Origin: Patescibacteria group bacterium
GTDB lineage: Bacteria > Patescibacteriota > Microgenomatia > UBA1400 > PJMF01
NCBI GenBank assembly: GCA_023382875.1
Contig: JAHDXH010000002.1
Span: 5,724 to 69,723 of the forward strand
Direction of reading: 5' to 3'
Length of the DNA stretch: 64,000 nt
Both the position numbers and the translations under genes were made by a program. Below are positions 47,827 to 57,564 of this stretch, one piece after another (the stretch's first letter is position 1; every line of letters begins with the position of its first letter). Under the pieces are notes generated by a model, which was given only the letters and a program-made list of their open reading frames with translations, was not told where the DNA came from and made no database searches.

Positions 47827-48312
47827 ATGAGACATCGAGTTCAAAAAAACCATTTTAATCGCAATACAAACGAACGCAAAGCTTTACTCAAAAGTTTGCT
47901 GAGAAATTTGATCGAACAAGGTGAGATCGTCACTACTGACGGCAAAGCCAAAGAGATCAAAAGACTGATGGACAAATTGGTCTATAAAGCTAAAACTGAC
48001 ACAGTCGAAAACCGTCGTTTATTGCACAGAGTGTTTGGTCGACGCGATGTCGTTAACACTTTGTTTGTACGTGTTGCTCCAGCTATGAAAGAAAGAGTTT
48101 CCGGATTTACTTCTATTAGTAAAAACGGTTCTCGCCGAGGTGACAGTGCTCAAATGGTCACTTTGAAATTTGTTGCTGAGTATGATCGCACTGGAACTTT
48201 GAGTTCTGGCAAGACCTACGAAGCCAAAGCTGAAGCTAAGCCAGTGGCCAAAAAAGCACCTGCTAAAAAAGCTGAAGCACAAAAAGCGACAAAGAAAGTA
48301 GAGAAGAAATAA
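47827..48312 (+). CDS. rplQ: 50S ribosomal protein L17 with Lys/Ala tail
   Basis: MRHR, I.TT..KAKE, RRGD.A. Confidence 0.95.
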   Translation: MRHRVQKNHFNRNTNERKALLKSLLRNLIEQGEIVTTDGKAKEIKRLMDKLVYKAKTDTVENRRLLHRVFGRRDVVNTLFVRVAPAMKERVSGFTSISKNGSRRGDSAQMVTLKFVAEYDRTGTLSSGKTYEAKAEAKPVAKKAPAKKAEAQKATKKVEKK

Positions 48313-48313
48313 G

Positions 48314-48733
48314 ATGCAAAAAACCTACATGCAAAAAACAGCTGAGGTCAAGAGAGATTGGCATCTCATGGATGCTGAAGGTCAAATTCTTGGTCGCTTA
48401 GCTACTCAAATCGCAACCAAATTAATGGGTAAAAATAAACCAACCTACACCCCTCACATTGACGGTGGAGATTTTGTAGTTGTGATTAACGCTAGTAAAA
48501 TTGCTGTTACCGGTAAAAAAGAAACAGACAAAGAATACTTTAGATATTCAGGTTACCCAGGTGGTTTAAGAAGTTTGCCTTTAGGTAAACTCAGAGACAC
48601 CTACCCAACCAGAATCATCGAAGCTGCTGTTTATAATATGTTGCCTGACAACAAATTAAGATCTGGTCGTATGAATAGATTGAAAATCTATGCAGATGCC
48701 AATCACAAACACGAAAGTCAGCTTAAGAAATAA
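48314..48733 (+). CDS. rplM: 50S ribosomal protein L13
   Basis: LGRLA, K.KP.YTPH.D.GD, SGYPGG. Confidence 0.97.
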   Translation: MQKTYMQKTAEVKRDWHLMDAEGQILGRLATQIATKLMGKNKPTYTPHIDGGDFVVVINASKIAVTGKKETDKEYFRYSGYPGGLRSLPLGKLRDTYPTRIIEAAVYNMLPDNKLRSGRMNRLKIYADANHKHESQLKK

Positions 48734-48741
48734 TTCAAACT

Positions 48742-49254
48742 ATGGCAGTTAAATTAAGAAAAAACACTACAAAACAAAAAGTTGTCAAAAAAGTTCAGCC
48801 AACTAAAGTCAAAGTTGCTGGCAAAGCTGGTCAAGTTGCTCGATCAATGAAGACCCCAGCTGGCAATTACTTCGAAGGTATTGGTCGCCGCAAGGTTGCT
48901 ATTGCTAGAGTTCGTCTTTATGTCACTAAAGGTGATTTCTTGATCAATGGTTTGGCCGCTGGTCAATATTTTGATGAAGTGCCAAATGCATCTGCTTTAT
49001 ATAACAGACCATTGGTTGCCGCTAATCTTTTAGGTAATGTTTCTTTGACTGTTAAAGTTTCTGGCTCAGGTATTCGCTCTCAATTAGACGCTGTAGTTTT
49101 AGGTATTGCTCGTGCTTTGGTCAAATATGACCCAGAGCTCAAGACAGTTCTTAAGGCTGAAGGTCTGATGACTAGAGACGACAGAATGAAAGAAACCCGC
49201 AAAGTCGGTATGGGTGGTAAAGCCAGAAGATCTAGACAATCACCAAAACGTTAA
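48742..49254 (+). CDS. rpsI: 30S ribosomal protein S9 with basic N-terminal extension
   Basis: GRRK...ARV, TRD.R.KE, AR...Q..KR. Confidence 0.97.
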   Translation: MAVKLRKNTTKQKVVKKVQPTKVKVAGKAGQVARSMKTPAGNYFEGIGRRKVAIARVRLYVTKGDFLINGLAAGQYFDEVPNASALYNRPLVAANLLGNVSLTVKVSGSGIRSQLDAVVLGIARALVKYDPELKTVLKAEGLMTRDDRMKETRKVGMGGKARRSRQSPKR

Positions 49255-49274
49255 AACTAAGTTTAGAAAAAATG

Positions 49275-49305
49275 AAATCCCAAGCCCAAAAGGCTTGGGA
49301 TTTTT
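49275..49305 (+). terminator. Terminator of the ribosomal superoperon
   Basis: AAATCCCAAGCC/GGCTTGGGATTT plus T run. Confidence 0.85.
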
Positions 49306-49326
49306 GGTTCGTGTTATAATGAGTAT

Positions 49327-49481
49327 TGAAGTGGACAAAAATCAGTCATGGCAAATTGATTCCACTTTGTTAATTCGAAAAGAGGCAATGATTGTTCACA
49401 CAATTTTGCAAGTAGGGTGGAACCGCCCAAGAAGGGTCCCTACAAGGTATAAAAGTTATACTTTGTAGAGACTCTTTTTTT
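49327..49481 (+). ncRNA. T-box riboswitch leader (Gly), minimal form
   Basis: GTAGGG-TGGAACC-GCCC-AAGAA-GGGT-CCCTAC antiterminator, overlapping terminator, and GGC in the loop of a short stem I. Confidence 0.8.
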
Positions 49482-49508
49482 ATTACTCTACACAGTGTGA
49501 AAGGTAAA

Positions 49509-50909
49509 ATGTCTGAAGCAAAAATGCCGACTCTTGATGAAATTTCCGCTTTGGCTAAGCGCAGGGGATTTGTTTTTCCCACCTCAGAAATTTATGGTGG
49601 TTTAACTAGTTCCTACGACTATGGTCCAATGGGGAGTGAGCTTCTGAAAAACATCAAAGATTTGTGGTGGAAAAATTTCATTACTTTGAGATCTGATATG
49701 GTAGGTATTGATAGTCAGATCATGTTACACCCCCAAACTTGGGTAGCTTCTGGTCACGTCGGTTCTTTTGCTGATCCAATGGTCGAAGATTTGATTACCC
49801 ACAAAAGATTTAGAGCCGATCATTTGATTGAAGCGTTCATTGAGGGCAAGTCAGAATTTTCACAATTGGTAGTCGAAGATTTGACCATTGATGAAATGGC
49901 GAGCTTCTTAAGCGATAACAAAGTTAAAAGTCCAGATGGCAATCCACTAAGTGAGCCTAAAGCTTTTAACTTGCTTTTTGAAACTCAAATTGGTTCAGTG
50001 GCTGGAGAAAAAGCTAAAGTTTATTTGCGCGGTGAAACAGCACAGGGTATTTTTTCTAACTTCAAACAAGTTTTGAACTCAACCAGATTGCAATTGCCAT
50101 TTGGTATTGGTCAGGTTGGTAAAAGTTTTAGAAATGAGATCACAACTGGTCAATTTATTTTTAGAACATTGGAGTTCGAACAAGGTGAAATTGAATACTT
50201 TTTCAATCCAAATCAATCTAACTGGGAAGAGTTGTTCGAAAAATGGCAAGACGATATGATGAGTTTTTTGACCGATACCCTTGGTTTCAAGTCAGAAAAC
50301 TTACGTTGGCGTCGTCACACTGATAAAGAACGCTCTTTCTATTCTAAAGATACTTATGACATTGATTTTAATTTCCCCTTTGGTTGGAAAGAACTGTGGG
50401 GATTGGCTTATCGTACCGATTACGATTTGAAACAGCATATTCAGCACTCGGGTGAGGCTTTGGATTACACCGACCCACACACTGGTGAAAAAATTGTACC
50501 TCACGTGATCGAACCAGCGGTTGGTATTAATCGTTTGGTTTTGGCTGCCTTAATCAATGCTTACTGGTTTGATGAGGCAAATAATCGCACTGTTTTGAGA
50601 TTAAACCCACGTTTGGCTCCATATAAGGCTGCAATTTTCCCGTTGCTCAAAAATAAGCCAGAATTAGTGGCAAAAGCTAAAGAGGTCTTTGATAAATTGG
50701 CCAAAAAATATGCTGTGACTTGGGATGATCGGGGCAATATTGGTAAAAGATATTTGTACCAGGATGAAATTGGTACCCCATTCTGTTTAACTATCGATTT
50801 TGAATCACTTGAGGATGAGGCTGTGACAGTGCGCAATCGCGACACCACTACTCAAGAAAGAATCAAGATTGCTGACCTTGAGAGTTATCTCGCGAATGTG
50901 TTAAATTAA
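49509..50909 (+). CDS. glyQS: Glycine--tRNA ligase (homodimeric type)
   Basis: YDYGP.G, YLR.ETAQGIF, GKSFRNEIT, FR..EFEQ.E.E, IEP..G..R. Confidence 0.95.
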   Translation: MSEAKMPTLDEISALAKRRGFVFPTSEIYGGLTSSYDYGPMGSELLKNIKDLWWKNFITLRSDMVGIDSQIMLHPQTWVASGHVGSFADPMVEDLITHKRFRADHLIEAFIEGKSEFSQLVVEDLTIDEMASFLSDNKVKSPDGNPLSEPKAFNLLFETQIGSVAGEKAKVYLRGETAQGIFSNFKQVLNSTRLQLPFGIGQVGKSFRNEITTGQFIFRTLEFEQGEIEYFFNPNQSNWEELFEKWQDDMMSFLTDTLGFKSENLRWRRHTDKERSFYSKDTYDIDFNFPFGWKELWGLAYRTDYDLKQHIQHSGEALDYTDPHTGEKIVPHVIEPAVGINRLVLAALINAYWFDEANNRTVLRLNPRLAPYKAAIFPLLKNKPELVAKAKEVFDKLAKKYAVTWDDRGNIGKRYLYQDEIGTPFCLTIDFESLEDEAVTVRNRDTTTQERIKIADLESYLANVLN

Positions 50910-50928
50910 GGAGTACATTTTTAATCCT

Positions 50929-51726
50929 ATGAAAAACAAAAAATTCTTGATTATCGGCGCTATTGTTTTACTTTTGGTGGTTGGCGGAGTTTTTGCTATG
51001 AAAATGACAAGCAAAAAACCAACAACTGATCAAACCACACAAAAAAAGAAAACAGTTTTGGAGCCAAAAAACATCCTTGAGTTTGCACTCAGACCTTATA
51101 TTAAGCTGACTCCAACTGCAGATGGTCACAACTTAGAAATTGCTATCGTCGATGTCAAAAAGCCAGCCACCGAAGTTGAGTATGAATTGGAATATCAATC
51201 AGGAACTTTGTTGCAGGGTTTCCAAGAAGTGATCAAGCTTGATAGCTTGCCAGCTAAAACTACCAAATTATTTGGTTCTAAGTCTGCTGGTGGTGCTGTT
51301 ACTTATCATGAAGATATCAAGGGTGGAAGTTTGCAGGCTCGCTTTATTGGTCAGGAAAATTACGTTTTAAAGCAAGATTGGCGTTACTTTGATAATAAAG
51401 ATAAGGCCACTGAATTTTCATCAAAGGATGCAAAGTTCCAAATTACTTCTCTTGATTTGAAAACTAATCGTTTGTTGATTGTTTACAATACACCTGGTAT
51501 TCCAGCTGGTTTGGACAAAACACCAGTTTCTGATCCGTATTCATTGACTTCAGCTACCACTCTCAAAGGTGAGGCCACTGTTAGTATCAGAGCTAATGAA
51601 GAGGGCGAGTTGGCAATTTGGGGCTTTGATGGCACTAAATGGACCAATCTAGGTGGTCAAGTTGATGGTAAGTTAGTAACAGTCAATAAAGCTCCTTTGA
51701 TGGAACTCTATATTGTAGCTAGGTAA
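50929..51726 (+). CDS. Membrane-anchored hypothetical protein
   Basis: N-terminal TM; 265 aa. Confidence 0.7.
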   Translation: MKNKKFLIIGAIVLLLVVGGVFAMKMTSKKPTTDQTTQKKKTVLEPKNILEFALRPYIKLTPTADGHNLEIAIVDVKKPATEVEYELEYQSGTLLQGFQEVIKLDSLPAKTTKLFGSKSAGGAVTYHEDIKGGSLQARFIGQENYVLKQDWRYFDNKDKATEFSSKDAKFQITSLDLKTNRLLIVYNTPGIPAGLDKTPVSDPYSLTSATTLKGEATVSIRANEEGELAIWGFDGTKWTNLGGQVDGKLVTVNKAPLMELYIVAR

Positions 51727-51730
51727 AAAT

Positions 51731-52306
51731 ATGAGCAGAGGTATTCGTAAAATCGGTGAGTTTTTTTTGGACATCATTGAAACAGTAGTGATCGCTTTGT
51801 CAATTTTCTTGGTTGTCTATTTGTTTTTTATGCAACCACACCAAGTGAATGGTCAATCGATGGTGCCAAATTTCCAAAGCGGCGAATATGTTTTGACTGA
51901 CAAAGTTTCATATAAAATGAGAAATCCAGATAAGGGTGAAGTAGTGGTTTTCCACGCCCCTAAAGCCGCACACTGCCCAGAGGGCACGGGCTGTGACTAC
52001 ATCAAAAGAGTCATTGCTTTGCCAGGAGAAACTATTTCTTTGAGTGATAGTACTTATTACGTTAATGGAGAACCTGTCAAAGAAAGTTATATTCCTAGTG
52101 ACTTCGAAACTTTGCCAGGTGATTTTATTAGAGGTAGAACTGTCACTTTGGGTCCCGATGAATACTTTGTTTCTGGCGATAATAGACCATACTCCAGTGA
52201 TTCAAGAGCTTGGGGTCCAATCAGCAAATCAGATATTGTAGGTAGAGCATTCTTTAGATATTGGCCACCACAAAAGTCTGGTCCAATCAACAAAGCTACC
52301 TACTAA
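51731..52306 (+). CDS. lepB: Signal peptidase I
   Basis: G.SM.P, YIKRVI..PG, GDNR..S.DSR.WG. Confidence 0.93.
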   Translation: MSRGIRKIGEFFLDIIETVVIALSIFLVVYLFFMQPHQVNGQSMVPNFQSGEYVLTDKVSYKMRNPDKGEVVVFHAPKAAHCPEGTGCDYIKRVIALPGETISLSDSTYYVNGEPVKESYIPSDFETLPGDFIRGRTVTLGPDEYFVSGDNRPYSSDSRAWGPISKSDIVGRAFFRYWPPQKSGPINKATY

Positions 52307-52308
52307 AT

Positions 52309-53535
52309 ATGGGATATACGCGCAACGCTATTGAAGGTTTTTCTTTTCAGACCTTTTTAAAAATTGCTACGGCGGTAGTGGCAATTGCGAAATGGGCGGT
52401 AATCGCGCGTGTTTTAACTCCAGAAACAATTGGTCTTTTTTCCTTGGTCACTATTAGTCTTGGCGTTACTGAAGCTACTACTCAAACCGGTGTTAACCTC
52501 ACTATTGTTCGGTCAAAGCAATCGGTTAAATACTTTCTTGACTCAGCTTGGGTAATTGCCATTATTCGCGGCTTGGTGATTGGTGTAGTCATGATCTTGT
52601 TAGGCTTTGTTTTAAGTAAATTTTTTGACCAACCTGAGCTATTGATTTTGGTTTGTTTGACTGCCTTAGTGCCCGTGATTAAAGGATTTATTAATCCAAG
52701 CATCATTGAATTGCAAAAGGAACTTAAATTTTTTCATGACGCGTCTTTTCGTTTATTGGTGACCTTAAGTGAAGCTGCTTTTTCTATTGTGGTGGCTTTA
52801 TTAACCAAATCAATTTTTGCTTTGATCGGTGCAATGGTTTTTTCTGCCTTAGTTGAAGTTGTGATTTCTTTCATTTTTTTCAAAAATCGTCCTCGATTTG
52901 TTTATCAAAAATCGCGAGCTGAGGAAATTCTTCACGGTGCTAAATGGCTTAGTTTTTCTGCACTTTTTGATTACTTGAATGAAAATTTGGACAATTTTTT
53001 AATCGGAAAACTGTCTGGTGTGAGGAATTTAGGTCTTTATCATAATGCTTATGCATTTGCACACCGTGTTAATTATGATCAAGCCAAGTCGGTAACGCAT
53101 GGAACTTTGCCTATTTACTCAAAGTTGCAAAATAATCCTTCAAGACTAATGCGGGCTTTTATGAAAGCCACTTTGAGCACAATGGTTTTTGTCACTGCTG
53201 TTTCTGTGCCACTGTTACTTTTCCCTGAATTCTTTGTTAATTTGTTGTTGGGCGAACAATGGCTGGAAATTTCTGGGTTTTTGCATTGGTTAGTTTTGGC
53301 CGGCATTATTCAAAGTTTTTCTGCCCTTTGTTACAGTTTAATGATGGCAAAAAAAGCCTATTCTATGGTCAATTTGCACTTAGCTAGTTCTGTTTTTCTG
53401 ATGGCAGTTTTGGTCTTTTTCATGAGCAAGAGCGGAGGGCTCTCTGGGGCTTCATTTGCAATATTTATATCAAGGCTTGTCAACGTTCCAATCTTAATTT
53501 GGCAAATTATTCAGATCAAAAATGAAAATCAGTAA
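52309..53535 (+). CDS. Wzx-like oligosaccharide flippase
   Basis: ARVLTPE.IG, D..LIGK, LG.Y..AY; about 12 TM segments. Confidence 0.8.
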   Translation: MGYTRNAIEGFSFQTFLKIATAVVAIAKWAVIARVLTPETIGLFSLVTISLGVTEATTQTGVNLTIVRSKQSVKYFLDSAWVIAIIRGLVIGVVMILLGFVLSKFFDQPELLILVCLTALVPVIKGFINPSIIELQKELKFFHDASFRLLVTLSEAAFSIVVALLTKSIFALIGAMVFSALVEVVISFIFFKNRPRFVYQKSRAEEILHGAKWLSFSALFDYLNENLDNFLIGKLSGVRNLGLYHNAYAFAHRVNYDQAKSVTHGTLPIYSKLQNNPSRLMRAFMKATLSTMVFVTAVSVPLLLFPEFFVNLLLGEQWLEISGFLHWLVLAGIIQSFSALCYSLMMAKKAYSMVNLHLASSVFLMAVLVFFMSKSGGLSGASFAIFISRLVNVPILIWQIIQIKNENQ

Positions 53536-54958
53536 ACTGATCAAAGACAATCTTCTCTTAATTTTAATTTTTTTAGTGGCCACAATCATTAGAACTTGGG
53601 ATTTATCCAACACGGCAATTTTTTTTGATGACGCTGGACACGATTTGTTGATTGCAGGGCGGTCATTGGAAGAAAAAAGCTTGCCTTTGCTCGGCATTGC
53701 TTCTAGCGTGCCTCGCTTCAAACAAGGTCCGATTACTATTTGGTACGAGATGTTTTTAATCAAAGTTTTTGGAGAAAATTTGACTTTAATTACCCTTGGT
53801 TTCGTGGCTTTATCTCTAATAAGCTTGGTGTTGGTTTATGAATTTTGTGACCGTTATTTGAGTAAGAGAATTTCTATGATTGCAACATATTTAATGGCAC
53901 TTTCACCATTTGCCATTGCTCAAGCTCGTATGCCATATCATACCAATCCAATTCCTTTGGCTACGGTTTTATTTTTGTTTTCACTGGTTAGACTTTATCA
54001 AAAAAAAGAACACTCTTTGTTTTGGGCTGTTTTGGCATGGGCGTTTTTATTCCAATTTGAGCTAGCAGTTTTTCCCACTTTATTAGTTATTCCTTGGGTG
54101 TTGTATCGAACCAAACAGTTAGGTTTTTCATGGGCAAAAATTCGTCAGGTAGTTTTTGGTATTTTTATTGGCCTTTTGCCACAAATTATTTATGATTTGA
54201 CTCATCGTTTTTCTCAACTGGGGTTATTTATAGTTTGGGTGGGTTATAGACTAGTCAGCTTATTTGGAGGTGAGCACAGTTTTTCTGGCGACAAGGTGGT
54301 TGGAACGCTAACGAGTTTCGCTAAGTACGGAGGTAGAATTTTTTCTACAGATAATTTGCTGATTGGTTTGATAGCGTTAGGTTTAATAATTTATGCTGTA
54401 GTAGTTTTGGTTAAGCAATTTAAAAAGAAAAAAATTGAACCAGCTATGGAGGTGATTTTAGTTTTTGGTTCGGTTTTGTGTTTGGGCTACTTTTTGCACG
54501 GCAGTCCATCAGAAGCCTACTTTCCACCGCTAATTGTGGTTTTGCCACTTTTGGTGTCGTTTATTCTTAATCATATTTTCAAAAATAAAAGTGCATTTTT
54601 AACAGCAGTACTTTTGGTTTGGGGTTTAATCAATATTCGCTCAGTTTTTGCTCATCGTTTGTTTGTTAGCAATTCACAATCATTTTCATATGGTTGCTCG
54701 ATTAAAAATCAGCGCCAGATGGTTGATTTTATTACCAATCAATCACATGGTGATTTTAAATTTGATACAACTAGAGATATGAGAAAATTCGCTGCAACCT
54801 TTGACAATTTACGTTGGTTGGCAAAAGAAAATTCTGCATCAGAGAATAGTCAGTCTAAAAAAGTTTTTTACATTGAAGGTAATAATTCGCCATTGCTTTT
54901 GGAAACTGAAATCAAAGTGAGGCATTTTGGTTGTAGTGATATTTACTTCTATGAGTAG
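53522..54958 (+). CDS. ArnT/PMT-like (GT-C) glycosyltransferase
   Basis: FFDD.G.D first loop, QGP, SP.....R; multiple TM segments. Confidence 0.75.
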   Translation: MKISKLIKDNLLLILIFLVATIIRTWDLSNTAIFFDDAGHDLLIAGRSLEEKSLPLLGIASSVPRFKQGPITIWYEMFLIKVFGENLTLITLGFVALSLISLVLVYEFCDRYLSKRISMIATYLMALSPFAIAQARMPYHTNPIPLATVLFLFSLVRLYQKKEHSLFWAVLAWAFLFQFELAVFPTLLVIPWVLYRTKQLGFSWAKIRQVVFGIFIGLLPQIIYDLTHRFSQLGLFIVWVGYRLVSLFGGEHSFSGDKVVGTLTSFAKYGGRIFSTDNLLIGLIALGLIIYAVVVLVKQFKKKKIEPAMEVILVFGSVLCLGYFLHGSPSEAYFPPLIVVLPLLVSFILNHIFKNKSAFLTAVLLVWGLINIRSVFAHRLFVSNSQSFSYGCSIKNQRQMVDFITNQSHGDFKFDTTRDMRKFAATFDNLRWLAKENSASENSQSKKVFYIEGNNSPLLLETEIKVRHFGCSDIYFYE

Positions 54959-55676
54959 CAAATTACCTTTGAGTGCAATTGTCATTGCCAATAGAAAAGG
55001 AAATAATCCAGTTTTACCTAAAGTTTTGGATTCACTCTCCCAAGCAGAACAAATTATTGTTTTTGATACCGGTGATCAGCCAATTGAAGATTTTGCCAAA
55101 GTTAGAAATGAAGCCTTGCTTAAAGCCAACCAAGAATATGTTTTGTTTGTTGATTCCGATGAGGTTTTAACTAAATCATCTTGGACAGAAATTAAAAAAA
55201 TTGTGTCTGATCAGCAAGCTGATTTAGTCAGTATTTTGAGATCTGATATTTTTTTGGGTAAAGAATTATTGGGTGGTGAGGCTGCCAATCAAAGATTAGT
55301 GAGAATGGGTAAGAAAGATAAAATAAAGTTTATTAGGCCAGTTCACGAGATCGTAGTTGTAGACAAAGATGCTCAGTTGTTAACTAGTAATATAAAATTA
55401 TTGCACCACTCTCACCCTGATATTTTCTCTTTTTTTCAAAAAGTTTCTTTTTACTCTTTTATTGATGCGGTAGTGAGAAAAGAAAATGATGATTTTTATT
55501 TGATTAGTTCGATGCTTTTTTTCCCACCTTTGAAATTTATCTTTAACTGGACGGTGATGGGTGGTTATAAAGATGGGATGAGGGGTTTGGTGTATGTGGT
55601 TTTGATGTCACTTCATTCCTTTTTTGTGCGGGTCAATGGTTGGGAGCTAAGACATCGCCAAAAAATGGTAAGATAA
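54951..55676 (+). CDS. Glycosyltransferase family 2
   Basis: DFA..RN, LFVDSDE, VHE, GYKDG.RG. Confidence 0.85.
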   Translation: MSSKLPLSAIVIANRKGNNPVLPKVLDSLSQAEQIIVFDTGDQPIEDFAKVRNEALLKANQEYVLFVDSDEVLTKSSWTEIKKIVSDQQADLVSILRSDIFLGKELLGGEAANQRLVRMGKKDKIKFIRPVHEIVVVDKDAQLLTSNIKLLHHSHPDIFSFFQKVSFYSFIDAVVRKENDDFYLISSMLFFPPLKFIFNWTVMGGYKDGMRGLVYVVLMSLHSFFVRVNGWELRHRQKMVR

Positions 55677-55679
55677 ATT

Positions 55680-56246
55680 ATGGCTCTACTTAAGAGAAAA
55701 ACAGTTTTGGCCTTACTTTTTGTTTTAGCTATTTTAGTCGGACTTGGAATTTCCTTTTTACCTAGTTTATTTGTCAAAACAGTTAATTCTCAAAAACAAC
55801 TTGAAATAGTAACAATTGATTATCACAGCAGTTTGGACTTTGGCTTGGCCAACCAAAAGAAATTAGATGAATTGATGAATGTTTTCTCTGATCTTATTTT
55901 CAACCATGGTTACCATAAAATTAGCATTATTTTTACCGATGCAACTCAACCCAATAAAATCTTTTGGATGAATAAAAAAAATAAGATGATTAACCATCTT
56001 GGGTATGGTGTTCAAGTTAATGGCACGAGTTTGGACATTTATCTTTACAACAATTGGAGCGCGTTGAGCGAAAGTGGCTGGGGAGCTGAAAAAATCCAGC
56101 GTGAAAATGAATTGCTTTTGATAAGGGCGTTGTTAAGCCATAGGTTGCAAACACCAAAGGTTCCCACACAACAAATTAAAGACACATATTTAGTTTTGCA
56201 CAAATCATATCCAGAGCCATTATTTTATTTAAACTATGCGTTATAA
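55680..56246 (+). CDS. Hypothetical membrane-anchored protein
   Basis: N-terminal TM. Confidence 0.6.
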   Translation: MALLKRKTVLALLFVLAILVGLGISFLPSLFVKTVNSQKQLEIVTIDYHSSLDFGLANQKKLDELMNVFSDLIFNHGYHKISIIFTDATQPNKIFWMNKKNKMINHLGYGVQVNGTSLDIYLYNNWSALSESGWGAEKIQRENELLLIRALLSHRLQTPKVPTQQIKDTYLVLHKSYPEPLFYLNYAL

Positions 56247-57564
56247 AGCTTTTCAACTATCGCTATTTTTCTTTTTAGGAGGGTGGTTTTTGACTAATGT
56301 TACAAGTGTGCAAGCTGTTTGTAACAACCAAATAACAATTTATTATCCAACGGGTTGTGAATCTATTTGTTTACCAGAAGATGGGGAAAGCTGCGTTGAA
56401 TGCAGTACATATGAGGCTTGTATTGGTGATGATGATGAGCCGCCTGCCAATTATGATGGCTATTGTTATAGTGAAGGTGGTTGTGCTTGCGCTGACGGAT
56501 CGGTTGTTACCTACAACCAATATTGTGCCGACCCAGACCCAAATAGTTGTGGCAATGGTCTTTGTGATAGCAGCGAAAGTTGCGGTGACTGCTCGAGCGA
56601 CTGTGGAACTTGTAGCGAGTGGCCAGTTTGCGGTGATTCGATGTGTACTGGCTTTGAATCATGTTTAACTTGTCAGAATGACTGCGGTACGTGTGTCTTG
56701 GAAAGCGGGAGTTGGTGGCAGGTTCGAGGTGGTTTAGTTGGTTCTAACACTGAGTCTGGAATTGCGATCAAATCAAAAGTGCCTGTGCAAACTTGTACTC
56801 CTCCTGATTGTGACCCATCATTAATGGCAACAGATTGGAGTGGGCAGGCAGAAACAGCTGGCTATGTTTTGACTTTGGGTGGCTCATTAAAAGTTAATGG
56901 CGGTGTAACTAGCGGCTCAACTAATATTTTTTCTATTGGTACTGGTCAATCACGCTTTTATGAATATTATGAGTTTTTCTACCGTCTGGCAGATTTCGGC
57001 TTGAATCCGGAAGACAATTTTTATTCAAGCTATGCCAATGCTCAAAAACCTAATTACGATCCAAATAAAACAGCCTATTACCGTAATGGTGATTTGACTA
57101 TTAACTCACCATGGTCGGTGGCGAGTGATGAAAGTTATATTATTTTTGTAAATGGTGATTTGTATTTGAGTGATGGCAATGGCTTGAGCGATCACTTGAT
57201 TGATGTTGAGCCCGGTGGTTTTTTAGGCTTTATTGTCAAAAATAACTTATATGTTGAAGAAAGTTTGGGTAACTCTGACTTGAATAGTTTGACAGCCAAT
57301 GTTGAAGGTGTGTTTGTGGTAAATGGTCAAATCAACATCCAAAGTCGAGGCTCGTCTGCTGGTGGTGACGATCGTTTTATTGGCGAGGGCACATTCATTG
57401 GTTGGCAAGGTGTTAATTTGGAACGTGATTTCGATGATGGCGCTGGTAGGGCAGAAGAAAACAAAGATAAGCCTACCGAGTTGTTCGTTTATCGACCAGA
57501 CTTTATGGTAAACTTGCCCGACTTACTCAGAAATTCACCGCAAATATGGCAACAAGTGCAATAG
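56236..57564 (+). CDS. Secreted cysteine-rich protein
   Basis: Signal peptide; Cys-rich N-terminus with two CG(N/D)..C...ESC..C..DCGTC repeats. Confidence 0.7.
   Translation: MRYKAFQLSLFFFLGGWFLTNVTSVQAVCNNQITIYYPTGCESICLPEDGESCVECSTYEACIGDDDEPPANYDGYCYSEGGCACADGSVVTYNQYCADPDPNSCGNGLCDSSESCGDCSSDCGTCSEWPVCGDSMCTGFESCLTCQNDCGTCVLESGSWWQVRGGLVGSNTESGIAIKSKVPVQTCTPPDCDPSLMATDWSGQAETAGYVLTLGGSLKVNGGVTSGSTNIFSIGTGQSRFYEYYEFFYRLADFGLNPEDNFYSSYANAQKPNYDPNKTAYYRNGDLTINSPWSVASDESYIIFVNGDLYLSDGNGLSDHLIDVEPGGFLGFIVKNNLYVEESLGNSDLNSLTANVEGVFVVNGQINIQSRGSSAGGDDRFIGEGTFIGWQGVNLERDFDDGAGRAEENKDKPTELFVYRPDFMVNLPDLLRNSPQIWQQVQ

Noticed and set aside
33842-48282. Antisense ORFs across the ribosomal operon
   Set aside because: Shadows of strongly biased codon usage in highly expressed genes
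49214-49468. 84-aa ORF between rpsI and glyQS
   Set aside because: It spans a terminator, a promoter and the T-box; better explained as non-coding
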